A stretch of DNA of 64,000 nt. It comes from Candidatus Latescibacterota bacterium (GTDB taxonomy: Bacteria; Latescibacterota; UBA2968). The notes under the pieces are model-generated. The model had not been told where the DNA came from, did no database searches, and was given only the letters and a program-made list of their open reading frames with translations. Where the stretch lies: positions 4,128,001-4,192,000 of the forward strand of contig OZ242320.1 of NCBI GenBank assembly GCA_965208125.1, written 5' to 3'. A program made the translations under genes and the position numbers. This document shows, one piece after another, positions 1 to 9,322 of the stretch; positions within the stretch are counted from its first letter, which is position 1; every line of letters starts with the position of its first letter.

Positions 1-691
1 GCCAGCCCTTCATAAACATCGCACCACCAACAACTCCTACGCCCTCTTCTTCGGTAAGGGGAAGCAGAAAACGAGCAGCGTTGCGATAAATCGGATTGTA
101 TTGGTGTGCGACCATCATTGAGTCCAGTTCAGTGGCGCTGACCAGCCGAGCAAGGCGTCGTGCATCTTTACCAGTGATGCCGATGAAGCGTGCCTTGCCT
201 TGTTTCTTTGCAATGCGAAGAAACTCCAAACAAGGTGCCGCCGGAAAGTCATACTCTTCCTCGTCTATGATCAGCGGTCCTCCGTGGGATATGGCAATCT
301 CTTTAGGCACAGGATCATCTGACCACCACTTCCGCTGATCTGCCTCATGTAGCTGGATCAGATCCACATAGTCGGTCTGAAGTCTGCCCAGACTCTCTTC
401 AAATTGTCGCATGAGAGAATTGACTTTGCGGTGTCCTCCCGGATCTTCTACACCACCTACCTTGGTCGCCAAGAATACCTTTTCCCGGCGACCACGCAAT
501 GCCTCACCTAACATACGCTCATCTTTGCCTTTGCCATAGGCGGCAGCCGTATCGAAGTAATTGATCCCCCGGTCAACTGCCAGGGCAATACATTCGTTTA
601 CTCCCGGTTGGCCCTGGCCAGACATAAAAGCTGTGCCCAGGCCAAGTTCGCTGACATTCACTCCCGTATTTCCAAGTGCTCGACGCTTCAT
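1..691 (-). CDS. Aldo/keto reductase (3' end runs off the window; not in the ORF track)
   Basis: Manual translation from ATG 691 behind AAGGAG gives MKRRALGNTGVNVSELGLGT...GINYFDTAAAYG...KVFLATKVG...SLGRLQTDYVDLIQLHE, which are classic AKR motifs. Confidence 0.9.
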   Translation of the reverse strand, partial: MKRRALGNTGVNVSELGLGTAFMSGQGQPGVNECIALAVDRGINYFDTAAAYGKGKDERMLGEALRGRREKVFLATKVGGVEDPGGHRKVNSLMRQFEESLGRLQTDYVDLIQLHEADQRKWWSDDPVPKEIAISHGGPLIIDEEEYDFPAAPCLEFLRIAKKQGKARFIGITGKDARRLARLVSATELDSMMVAHQYNPIYRNAARFLLPLTEEEGVGVVGGAMFMKGW

Positions 692-772
692 ATGAATACC
701 GTACTCCTTTCGCCGTCATGTTGCTTTTCTCGCCTACACGCCAGCAGTCAAACATTGAACGGAATGACTCTG

Positions 773-1660
773 TCAATTCAAGTGGTTGTCCAGGAATCCC
801 AATACTCTCGCGAAGGCGGCTTTCACTTGAGGGTCCCACCAGCGTCCGTCGAATCCGTGGCCGCCTCCCTCTATGGTGATCATCTCGTGATCTACGCCCG
901 CCTCCTTCAGGCGGTTCTGCATACGCACAGACATTTCGTACGGAACGTCGGTGTCGTCTGTCCCGTGTAGCAGCAGCGTTGGCGGATAGTTCGCATCGAC
1001 GTTCTGATCTGGGCAGTAGGGGGTGAAAAACGCGGGATCCTTCGCAGGATCGAAGCCGCTGACTTTGATCGGCCAGATGCCCTGCTGCCGCGTGTACAGA
1101 TAAAACGTGCCTGGACGTCTGCCTTCCGAAATCGCTCTCGGCTCGATCTGCTCCATCGCCTCTTCGCGCCCGATGTGCCGCTGCCCCAGATAGAACGGGG
1201 ACGGTTTTGAATACCACGAACCGATCAGATCTCCATATCCATAGAAGGACACCAGGGCCCTGGGCTTCGAATCGAACGTGCCCGACATCAACGTCAGGTA
1301 ACCGCCCGCGGAATGTCCGACCACGCCAATTCGCGTAGGATCGACACCGAGTTCATCTGCGTTCGACCGAATCCACCCAAACGCATCGCGGACATCTGCT
1401 ATGATATCTGGTAGTTTGGTCTCAGGGGCGAGTCGGTAGTCGATCGAGATGACCTTGTATCCCGCATCTACGTAGCGAGCCGCGTGGCCCTGACCGTTTT
1501 CTCGACTGCCCATTATGAGTGCACCACCGTGAATCCACACTACGGCAGGGGATATTTCAGCCATCGCTTCTGACGAATACACGTCGAGATGGATGTCGCA
1601 GTCTGCGGTCTTCTTGAAAGCGTAGGTTCGGCGCAGGAGTGTAAAAATGGGTTCCGGCAA
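773..1660 (-). CDS. Alpha/beta hydrolase (HSL-like esterase/lipase)
   Basis: WIHGG oxyanion motif, DYRLAPE, GHSAG nucleophile elbow, LLHGTDD and GGHGF. Confidence 0.9.
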   Translation of the reverse strand: MPEPIFTLLRRTYAFKKTADCDIHLDVYSSEAMAEISPAVVWIHGGALIMGSRENGQGHAARYVDAGYKVISIDYRLAPETKLPDIIADVRDAFGWIRSNADELGVDPTRIGVVGHSAGGYLTLMSGTFDSKPRALVSFYGYGDLIGSWYSKPSPFYLGQRHIGREEAMEQIEPRAISEGRRPGTFYLYTRQQGIWPIKVSGFDPAKDPAFFTPYCPDQNVDANYPPTLLLHGTDDTDVPYEMSVRMQNRLKEAGVDHEMITIEGGGHGFDGRWWDPQVKAAFARVLGFLDNHLN

Positions 1661-1670
1661 AGTATCCTCG

Positions 1671-2279
1671 TTATTGAAGAAGCCTCAGATGATTCAGTTT
1701 TTGCCGAAGACTGTCGGCTCCAGTATAGGTGTGTCCGGCTATACCCAATCTGGTCGCTGCTGCCACATGCCCGGCGTTGTCGTCTATAAACAAAGCCTGC
1801 TCTGGAGTTGCTTCCACAGTATCTAAGGCTGCGAAGTAGATATTGGGATCGGGTTTTGTAAACCCGACCTCTGAGGAGTTGATGATGTAATCGAAATCTC
1901 CGGCGATGCCCAGTCGCTGAAGGTCTGAGGGTAACCTCGATGTCGCATTGCTGATGAGGACTAACTGAGCCTTCTTTCGACAAGCCCGCAAGATCCCCAG
2001 GACCTCCGAATTGACTTCTCCTGGCGATGCGGACCAGAGTTCAACCGCGCGCTCCGCGTTGGCTTCCGGGAAGTCCTTGCTGAGCAGGTCCGCAATTTTC
2101 CGCCGCCACTCTTCGTCAGAGATTTGTCCTGTGATCACCAGAGGGAGCAAGTCATCTGAGAACGCTGCTCTGGGGATGGCTCCTTCGGGTAACCCGGTTG
2201 CTCGTTCCGCTTTCCGATGTATTTCAGGGGACCAGATCCGAATTACCCCATCAAGGTCTGTCAAAATTACATTTGTCAT
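1671..2279 (-). CDS. HAD-family hydrolase/phosphatase
   Basis: DLDGV motif I, ISN motif II, KPDP and FIDD. Confidence 0.9.
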   Translation of the reverse strand: MTNVILTDLDGVIRIWSPEIHRKAERATGLPEGAIPRAAFSDDLLPLVITGQISDEEWRRKIADLLSKDFPEANAERAVELWSASPGEVNSEVLGILRACRKKAQLVLISNATSRLPSDLQRLGIAGDFDYIINSSEVGFTKPDPNIYFAALDTVEATPEQALFIDDNAGHVAAATRLGIAGHTYTGADSLRQKLNHLRLLQ

Positions 2280-2362
2280 TTATGTTTCTTATCTCGCAGT
2301 GATGTACGGCATTTCTATGGGCATCAATTGAATAAACACTCTTGTTATGCGTTGTGGTCTTC

Positions 2363-3430
2363 TCAATCAGATTCGACCGCATTCTCCAAAATGGTAAACT
2401 TGCGCCAATCAGAGTCGATTTCTGCTTGAATTCCATACGGAAGAACGAACATCGGATCTGTATGCCCGAAATCCATCTGCGTAATTATGGGGAGCGAAGT
2501 CAATCCTTCCTCGTCAGCGACTATCTGAAGTATGGCGTCGTCATAAGTATGAAACGAATCAGGCGACAACTCGTGGCCACCTGGTCTTCCAAAGAGAATC
2601 CCACTCAAAGATGGAAGAATGTCCATCGCAGCAAGAGACCGGAAAAACCTGGTTACCGTACTTGGCGGCGGTGTTTCTTCAGACGTTTCGATAAAGAGTA
2701 TCGCACCTTTCCACACTTCCTTGTTAGGCCAAACGTCTGTGCTTCTTATCCAGTCGAGAACTTCGAGGCAACCACCTATGAGGTGTCCTTCTGTTTGCCC
2801 TTCTCCCTGGAGATACTGCCAACCCGCAGAGCCTTGAAGGATCCGCTTTCTTTTTTGATTCGCAGGATTTGCCCAGTCAAGACGTTCGACGGTCCAGCCA
2901 TCTCGATTCTCCGGTATTTCACCAATATTTCCAGAATCAAATAAGGTCCGTCTAACGGAGTTCACCATGTAGGGAAACAACCCACCGTTCTCGGCAAATC
3001 CTGCCATAATTGCTGGACCATAAAAGGAGACAATGCCCGCCTTTAGGCACGCAAAGTGGGAAACGGTCGTATCGGAATATCCCACGAAGGGCTTCGGATT
3101 CGTCCTGATAAGATCAAGGTCTAAGTGACGAAGAATTCTAATCGAGTCATCGCCGCCAATAGTCGATATAATTCCTTTGATTTCTGAGTTTGAAAAGGCT
3201 TCCATCAAGTCATCCGCACGCGCTTTTGGATTCTCAGAGAGCCATTTTGGCTCTCTGAGTGTATGAGGCATCTCGATCACGACCAGGCCAAATGCTTCTT
3301 CCAGTTGCTTTTTTCCAGCTTCATATCGATGTGGAATTAGCCCCGGTCCACCCCATGACAGAGATACAGTGGCTACCTTATCTCCCTCTTGAAGCTTTGG
3401 TGGTTTAGTAAGCGATGGTTTCATTATCAA
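2363..3430 (-). CDS. S66 family peptidase (LD-carboxypeptidase/MccF-like)
   Basis: IGGDDS, GYSDTT (catalytic Ser), GGCLE, FIETSEE and DFGHTDP. Confidence 0.9.
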   Translation of the reverse strand: MIMKPSLTKPPKLQEGDKVATVSLSWGGPGLIPHRYEAGKKQLEEAFGLVVIEMPHTLREPKWLSENPKARADDLMEAFSNSEIKGIISTIGGDDSIRILRHLDLDLIRTNPKPFVGYSDTTVSHFACLKAGIVSFYGPAIMAGFAENGGLFPYMVNSVRRTLFDSGNIGEIPENRDGWTVERLDWANPANQKRKRILQGSAGWQYLQGEGQTEGHLIGGCLEVLDWIRSTDVWPNKEVWKGAILFIETSEETPPPSTVTRFFRSLAAMDILPSLSGILFGRPGGHELSPDSFHTYDDAILQIVADEEGLTSLPIITQMDFGHTDPMFVLPYGIQAEIDSDWRKFTILENAVESD

Positions 3431-3452
3431 GTCTGTTTAGTTTTTGTGGGCG

Positions 3453-3495
3453 ATTGCCGCTAACGTCTTCCGGTTTGTAAACCCGCTGTTAACGG
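3453..3495 (-). repeat. Internally deleted attC-like site
   Basis: The minus strand reads CCGTTAACAGCGG...AAACCGGAAGACGTTAGCGGCAAT, with near-complementary R''/R'-like cores (CCGTTAAC/GTTAGCGG). It is shorter than a functional attC. Confidence 0.5.
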
Positions 3496-3498
3496 TAG

Positions 3499-3651
3499 TC
3501 ATCCTCCCTTGAGTAAACGAAGACCCCGTGCGTGGAAAATCCACACGGGGCTGAAAACACGAAATAGCAGAGGTCTCAAGAGAGGAATATACTCGTCGTC
3601 GAAGGGACAGTTGATAAAGACGTTGGTATGAAATTCTCCTTCACTGTTCAC
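3499..3651 (-). pseudogene. 5' remnant (50 aa) of the conserved hypothetical gene that typically accompanies DUF2188
   Basis: The GTG overlaps the DUF2188 stop. It translates MNSEGEFHTNVFINCPFDDEYIPLLRPLLF and then runs into unrelated hairpin sequence. Confidence 0.6.
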
Positions 3652-3863
3652 TTAGCCCGTTTCCATTTTTGTATGGATCCATCTCGTTCGTGGATGACGA
3701 CATCCCTACCCTTCGAAATCTTGCTTGCGCTTCTTTCGGCAGCGGACTTAGTGCGGTAGATCTTTGAAGCTTTGGAATTCCCTTCCTTCTTGACTGCCCA
3801 ACCATCTTTTCGTGAGATGACATGCACTCTTTGGCCATTGGTTGCTTGTGAATTTCTTGCCAT
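3648..3863 (-). CDS. DUF2188 domain protein
   Basis: Pattern HVISRKDGWAVKKEG...TK.AA...VIHERDGSI in a 71-aa protein. Confidence 0.85.
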   Translation of the reverse strand: MARNSQATNGQRVHVISRKDGWAVKKEGNSKASKIYRTKSAAERSASKISKGRDVVIHERDGSIQKWKRAK

Positions 3864-3984
3864 GGCAGGTCCTTTCTCATCCTCGTAGGTGCTTATCTAA
3901 GTCTTCTGACAATATATCAAAATGTGTAGATAAACGAAAGCGATTACCCTCAGTTTTTTATTTTTTTACCCACTATGCTTGCTG

Positions 3985-4791
3985 TCACTTATCTCCATTT
4001 TTGGTAGCAATGAAGATCATCTCTTTTTCGTGTTCAGAATTCAGGGCCTCGTCTGTCCAATCGCCTTTGACATCGACATCTTGAAAGCCTGCCAATTCCA
4101 GCATCCACATCAGTTCATTTCGATGGTACCAGTGAGTCTGTCCGGTGTGAATCTCCTCCTTTATGAGCCGATCGCCTTCGTATAGTTCATATCGCCGTTC
4201 TCGGACAGCATATTGCGCCACCGTATCTTCAAAAATCTTGTGGTGGTAAACCAGTAGGCGCTTTCCGTCTTCAAGCTCCTTGTTGGCGATCTGTTTCCAT
4301 TCGCCGGGCCACGCGTGAATCTCTTTGGGGCCCCAGTAATAAAAACTATGGGCTGGGGCAACATTAAAGGCGAGAATCCCACCAGGCTCCAAATGAGCGT
4401 GGCATCGGCGGAGCGTTTCCAATGCCGCTCGCCGCCCCATTACACACTGGAAACCACCGCACGGGATATAGATGGCATTAAAACGATCGGGGAGATCCAA
4501 CTGCTGCATCTGCTGCTCGTAGAGCACGGGGTCCAGCCCCATCGCGTTCGCATGCTGGCGACATACAGATAGCATATCGCCCGAAATGTCCACCCCCTGT
4601 ACATCAAATCCTTCTTGCAAAAAGGTCAGTAGTAACCTCCCCGCTCCGCATCCCAGTTCCAGGGCCTTACTTCCAGCTTTCTCAAGGATGCCTTTGTAGA
4701 ATGACTTGTCTATGCGGGGATCTGACGTCGATATCGTAGCCCAATGAAGTGCGGAGAGTCCAGTGTACAGATCTCGTTCATCGAATTTCAT
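3985..4791 (-). CDS. Class I SAM-dependent methyltransferase
   Basis: LELGCGAGR, GVDIS and HLEPGG. Start placed at ATG 4791 (GAGG upstream). Paralog of 14261-15064. Confidence 0.9.
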   Translation of the reverse strand: MKFDERDLYTGLSALHWATISTSDPRIDKSFYKGILEKAGSKALELGCGAGRLLLTFLQEGFDVQGVDISGDMLSVCRQHANAMGLDPVLYEQQMQQLDLPDRFNAIYIPCGGFQCVMGRRAALETLRRCHAHLEPGGILAFNVAPAHSFYYWGPKEIHAWPGEWKQIANKELEDGKRLLVYHHKIFEDTVAQYAVRERRYELYEGDRLIKEEIHTGQTHWYHRNELMWMLELAGFQDVDVKGDWTDEALNSEHEKEMIFIATKNGDK

Positions 4792-4849
4792 GAAAATATC
4801 CTCATAAAGCGGAGACATTCAGTATCCGGGTTTTGTTTTTCCGCTTCAC

Positions 4850-5281
4850 TTTCCTGTAGGAAGCCCCGTCCTTTGGGCGTGGTCAGAGATAGTTGGCTTT
4901 GCCGTTAAGCCGTTTTGTGGGTATATTTCGCAGGTGCTATCGTAGCGCACACAAAGGCACTCTCTTTTGAGAGTAAACGGTTTCGGTGTGGGATAGCACA
5001 CAAAACCCTCTCTGTGATGTTAGTTGAGAGGCAGATTTGGCAACAACAGCGGTATGGATTGCGGTTGTGTTGTCGTCAAATCTGATGGGCATAGTTAGGG
5101 GCCTGACCTCCCAAACCTGCGGTAGCAATCCGCTGCTGTCAACTGCCCTGAAGTCTCGCCACGCAGTGAGCGGTTTAAACCTAAGCCCTTGCTCGGATAT
5201 GCTGCATTGCCTCCAATGGGTGGGTCAAGCACCTGGGGGTGTGGCAGGGACAAGCCACCTGCTCAGCAGGTGGTGGTTGAC
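4850..5281 (+). mobile_element. Non-autonomous, ORF-less IS200/IS605-family element
   Basis: Left end: TCAC (4846-4849), then GAAG and hairpin CCCCGTCC-TTT-GGGCGTGG. Right end: CAAG, hairpin CCACCTGC-TCA-GCAGGTGG and terminal TGAC (5278-5281). Removing the element restores GGG AAT CTT TTG TGA, a stop codon for the neighbouring gene. Confidence 0.85.
4911..5281 (+). ncRNA. Long structured RNA, TnpB omegaRNA-like, inside the IS200/IS605 derivative
   Basis: Several stems with G-U pairs on the + strand, e.g. CAGATTTGGC/GTCAAATCTG, GTTTTGTG/CACAAAAC, GTGCTA/TAGCGC and GGGCA-TAGTT/AACTGCCC. Internal GTCAAC (5138-5143) is complementary to terminal GTTGAC (5276-5281). Confidence 0.6.
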
Positions 5282-6492
5282 AAAAGATTCCCTTGTGCGC
5301 GGGAATTGTGGCCTATCACCGTGATCGGCTCGGTCATTCCTATACAGACATTGCCACTCACAAGGTTCCAGTCACTGTGACCACTCTCGACGATGCCCCG
5401 CGTCTGGCACGGTGTGTCCCCCCCAACAGTCGAAGATTTGTCAACATCATCGGCGCAACGGTTGCCCTGGACAAGAAATCTTTTGACATTATGCAGGCGC
5501 AGAGCGGGATAAGCTCCTGGCTTCTTCCAGGAATTACTCCGAAGGATGTTCCCGACGATCACATGTTCCACGCCATCGCTTGCGTTAATGCCCCACTTGC
5601 CATTCTCTGAGCACACATTGTTGCTGATGATGTTGTGATGATCCTCCCCATGCCCTACGCCGCCGATGCCACTGTGTTCGTTGCCTGTGAACACACTGTC
5701 GCTACATATAGAGTCGCGCACATGGCCGCAGAAGTACAGACCGTCTCCGCCGTTTCCTATGGCGATGTTGTGTGACCAAATGCTGCGTTCTATACCAGTG
5801 CCGGGGTGATATCCGTGTCCGCGACAAAAGCGAACCTGACAGTGGGTGACCTGCACATCCGATCCGCCCTGCACGCTGATGCCGTCACTCGGCCAGTCGA
5901 TGACCGCTACATTCTGGATGCGTACACCTCTACAGTAGATAGTGTGTACAGCGCTGTAAGTGAAGTCTTGCCACCAGCGCCCTTTGGGATCTCTTGACCC
6001 GCGCAGCGTCAAATCGCGTAAGCTCACGTCGTCTCTCCCGACAGCGGTAATACCAGGGAAGAGGCCGACGATCTGGGCTTCCTCTTTTACCCTCAGGCCT
6101 CTGTTCAGTGGCTCACTCAAGCGAACGAGGTTGCCCTTTACCGACTTCACCCGTGCGTGGGTCCCATCCCACCATTGGCGAGGACGGTCGGTCAGCCCGA
6201 CGCCATCGTCTGCTACAAAGGGCACTCGTCCACGCAAGTAGATGCTGCGGGAACCTTTGCGTGCATCTCGAATCAGGAACAGCGCTCTGGGTGTAGCTAT
6301 CGACAGTTCAGTAGCTGATCCATCGCCGATGAGGCTCACGCCACTTCGGAGGACAATCGACTGACGTAGCTGCCATTTGCCTGCTGGAATCCGGACGCTC
6401 CCACCTCGCTCGCCAAGGGCGTCAATCGCCTCCTGAATCCCCGAGGTAGCCGAATCCTGATCGAGAGATGCCGTGATTATTTTGCTCATCAC
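5263..6492 (-). CDS. Right-handed parallel beta-helix protein (pectin lyase-like fold)
   Basis: IQEAIDAL...GG.V.IPAG N-terminus and repeated N/G-rich beta-helix rungs (NIAIGNGGDG, NNVCSENGKWGI). The last 5 residues come from the IS end. Confidence 0.85.
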   Translation of the reverse strand: MMSKIITASLDQDSATSGIQEAIDALGERGGSVRIPAGKWQLRQSIVLRSGVSLIGDGSATELSIATPRALFLIRDARKGSRSIYLRGRVPFVADDGVGLTDRPRQWWDGTHARVKSVKGNLVRLSEPLNRGLRVKEEAQIVGLFPGITAVGRDDVSLRDLTLRGSRDPKGRWWQDFTYSAVHTIYCRGVRIQNVAVIDWPSDGISVQGGSDVQVTHCQVRFCRGHGYHPGTGIERSIWSHNIAIGNGGDGLYFCGHVRDSICSDSVFTGNEHSGIGGVGHGEDHHNIISNNVCSENGKWGINASDGVEHVIVGNILRSNSWKKPGAYPALRLHNVKRFLVQGNRCADDVDKSSTVGGDTPCQTRGIVESGHSDWNLVSGNVCIGMTEPITVIGHNSRAQGNLLSTTTC

Positions 6493-6600
6493 GGGTTTTC
6501 AGTACCTTTCATCAAAGTCTGTATTCCACAATCGAACCGTATTCCTGAGATCGGGGCATCAATAGAGCATACGCTCTCGCCTTGTCTTGTTTTTCGTTTT

Positions 6601-9021
6601 TCATTCATTTCGTAGGGCATCCACTGGACTTGCGAACGCAGCTTTTAGAGTATGATATCCCACGGTTGTTACAGCAAGCGTCAGTACTAGAAGACTACTT
6701 AGAAGAAAGACCTCGAAACCCAGATGAACCCGATAAGCAAAATTCTGCAACCACGTTCTCATCACATGATAAGCCATTGGATAGGCAATTAGCATTGCCA
6801 CGATTACCCATTTTACAAAACTGGCAGAAAGTAGTAGAAATATTTCAGCCACTGAAGCTCCAAGAACCTTTCGGATACCAATCTCCTTAGTTCGTTGGGA
6901 CGTTAAGAAAGAAGCCAAACCTACAAGGCCCTGACACGCAATCAACATAGCAATAAAGGCAGCGACTGCGAATACTTTCCGTAATCGCATCTCATCCCGA
7001 TAGAGCAAATCAAGGCGCTCGTCCAAAAAAAGGAAATCAAACGGACGACCAGGTATAAAACGCTTCCATGTCGTTTCTAAGAAGGCCATCGTTTCTGGTA
7101 GATTATCAGTCTGAATTCGCAAAGTAATAAAAAGATAACGAGACGGCGTCATACAAATCACGTAGGGACCGATTTTTTTTCTGAGTGATCTACTGTGGAA
7201 ATCTTTGACTATCCCGATAACAGTTCCTGTACGTTTTAGCCCAGGTATTTCAAGCTGTTTTCCCAGAGAGTTATGCCCTCCGAGTTGTCTGGCCGCCGTT
7301 TCATTAATCAAAAATGCACTTGTTACATCTTTCTGGATATCTTGTGAGAAATTCCGGCCAGAGAATAGGTCAATTTCGTAAGTGTTCAAAAAATCCGCAT
7401 CGACTTCCAGAATCCACATTGGAAGCTCTTGATCTGGAGCACCGCCTAACCTGACTGTCTGCTGGCGTCCACCATCAATACCGATCAAGTCGTGAGATGC
7501 TGTCGCGGCCAAAACATGAGGATTCTGCAAAAACTCTCCCTTGATAGTCGAATATCGATTCACCAAGCGTTTTGAAGGATCTGGTTCCACCATTCTGTCC
7601 GTTCGAAAAATCGGAATGTGAATGAGGTTGGCTTTGTTAAAACCCAGATTTGTATCGCTGATATATACCAACTGATTGTGAATCACACCTGCACAAACAA
7701 TCAGAAAAATCGAGGTTGAGAATTGGATTACGACCAATCCCTTTCGGAGACCATTCCCTTGGGGGCTGATTTTTAAACTGCCTTTCAAAACCTCTACAGG
7801 CTGAAATGCAGACAGCACAAAGGCTGGATAACTGCCCGATAGAAAACCGACAAACAGCGTAATGCCCGTCAATGCCAGTATGGAAGAACTGGTGCTCAAG
7901 GCCAGGGATTTGCCTGTAAAACTGTTAAACGTCGGCAAAAGCAGTTCGACTAAAATTAGAGCAAACACAAAGGCGATTACGGATAAAAGAATAGACTCCC
8001 CTAAAAACTGTCTGATAAGTTGGAGTCGATTTGCACCAATTACTTTTCTTAAGCCTACCTCTTTTGCACGGCTTGCAGACCGGGCTGTTGCCAGGTTTAT
8101 AAAATTGATACAGGCGAGGAGCAGGACAATGAAACCTACAGCGGACATCAGGTAAACGTAAGTAATATCCCCCCTTTTTGAATGTTGAATATCGTAATCT
8201 CGTTGAGTATAAAGATGAATCTGTTTTAGCGGCTGGAGATGATAGGAATAAGTCACTCTTGCTTCTGTACTCATATTCGTTTCTATCAAGTCCGGTAATT
8301 TACGTTCCAACGTATCAGAATCATAATCTTGAGGAAGCATGATAAACGTCAGAAAGTCTGTGATGTTCCCGGGGTTCGCATTCCAGGTATCTGAGATCTG
8401 GCTAAGAGAGATTGTTGAAAGGAGAAAATCGAATTGGAAAGTCGAATTCTCAGGGATCTGATTCAAAACGCCTGTGACAGTATAATTTTCCTTCAACAAT
8501 CTATGTTCGGCTGTGATTGTTTTTCCTATAGGATTTTCATCTCCAAATAGCACCTGAGCGATGTCTTCTGTGATTACAACAGAGTAGGGTTCTGTCAAGA
8601 CTTTTTTGGGATTCCCCTTCACCAAAGGAAAGGTAAACATATCCAGGAAACCTTCGTCAACGATCCAACCGCGACCTTCTCCTTTCCCTTTATCTGCAAG
8701 CTCTCGAATACCAAGTCTTCTCTGTAATACACGCACGGCCTGTTGAACTTCTGGGAAATTTCGGCGCAAAGTTGGTGCCAACGCTCCCGATACGCCAGTT
8801 TTATAAGAGGAAGCTTCACCATCCTTGTGTCTTTCTCTTATTACCCTATAAATCCGGTCCGTATTCTCGTGGAATCGGTCATAGCTCAATTCATACTGAA
8901 CAAACAGTAAGATTAGAATACAACAGGCCATTCCCACCGCGAGACCACAGATGTTCATGAATGAATAGCCTTTATATCTGAGCAGGTTTCGAACAGCAAT
9001 TATACAATAATTGTGAAGCAC
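6601..9021 (-). CDS. ABC transporter permease (duplicated MacB/FtsX type)
   Basis: RNLLRYKGYS.INI.GLA, ELSYDRFH, RAKEVGLRKVIGA and RTKEIGIRKVLGAS. GTG start at 9021 after GAGGG. Confidence 0.9.
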   Translation of the reverse strand: MLHNYCIIAVRNLLRYKGYSFMNICGLAVGMACCILILLFVQYELSYDRFHENTDRIYRVIRERHKDGEASSYKTGVSGALAPTLRRNFPEVQQAVRVLQRRLGIRELADKGKGEGRGWIVDEGFLDMFTFPLVKGNPKKVLTEPYSVVITEDIAQVLFGDENPIGKTITAEHRLLKENYTVTGVLNQIPENSTFQFDFLLSTISLSQISDTWNANPGNITDFLTFIMLPQDYDSDTLERKLPDLIETNMSTEARVTYSYHLQPLKQIHLYTQRDYDIQHSKRGDITYVYLMSAVGFIVLLLACINFINLATARSASRAKEVGLRKVIGANRLQLIRQFLGESILLSVIAFVFALILVELLLPTFNSFTGKSLALSTSSSILALTGITLFVGFLSGSYPAFVLSAFQPVEVLKGSLKISPQGNGLRKGLVVIQFSTSIFLIVCAGVIHNQLVYISDTNLGFNKANLIHIPIFRTDRMVEPDPSKRLVNRYSTIKGEFLQNPHVLAATASHDLIGIDGGRQQTVRLGGAPDQELPMWILEVDADFLNTYEIDLFSGRNFSQDIQKDVTSAFLINETAARQLGGHNSLGKQLEIPGLKRTGTVIGIVKDFHSRSLRKKIGPYVICMTPSRYLFITLRIQTDNLPETMAFLETTWKRFIPGRPFDFLFLDERLDLLYRDEMRLRKVFAVAAFIAMLIACQGLVGLASFLTSQRTKEIGIRKVLGASVAEIFLLLSASFVKWVIVAMLIAYPMAYHVMRTWLQNFAYRVHLGFEVFLLSSLLVLTLAVTTVGYHTLKAAFASPVDALRNE

Positions 9022-9236
9022 ATTACCCTCTTCAGTTGACAGTGAACAAGAGTGAGATGCGAACAAAAAGTGCATCCACTCTTAATATAAAGTGAGAAAG
9101 AGTCTAAGCCAAAATTGACAGAAACGCTTGTATTTTTTAGAGGGAGGTGATGCGCTTGTGTAAAATGATGACGGTTCCTCCATGGGGGAGAGACATGCGT
9201 ATGCCAGGAACGAGAATCGAACAGAAACAACAGGTT

Positions 9237-9307
9237 GCGCTATTCGCTTTGAATGGCGTTTTTTTATTGCGTTGGCCACTGCACAAACGGATGCTGTGGC
9301 CTTTTTT
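9237..9307 (+). terminator. Two tandem hairpin + U-tract terminator-like elements just upstream of an AKR gene
   Basis: GCGCTATTC-GCTTT-GAATGGCGT followed by a T-run, and GGCCAC...GTGGCC followed by TTTTTT. Confidence 0.5.
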
Positions 9308-9322
9308 ATTTGGAGGTACTCT

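Noticed and set aside
3503-3575. Possible riboswitch (hairpin CCCCGTG...CACGGGG) upstream of the S66 peptidase
   Set aside because: No known aptamer motif was recognised. Part of it is the truncated gene, and it is most simply a terminator-like hairpin.
4850-5281. Group I intron (IStron) or HEARO/IscB omegaRNA on the minus strand
   Set aside because: The P/Q/R/S-like words are in the wrong order and there is no convincing P7. HEARO-type motifs were not recognised, and the G-U pairs favour the + strand. Not formally excluded without cmscan.
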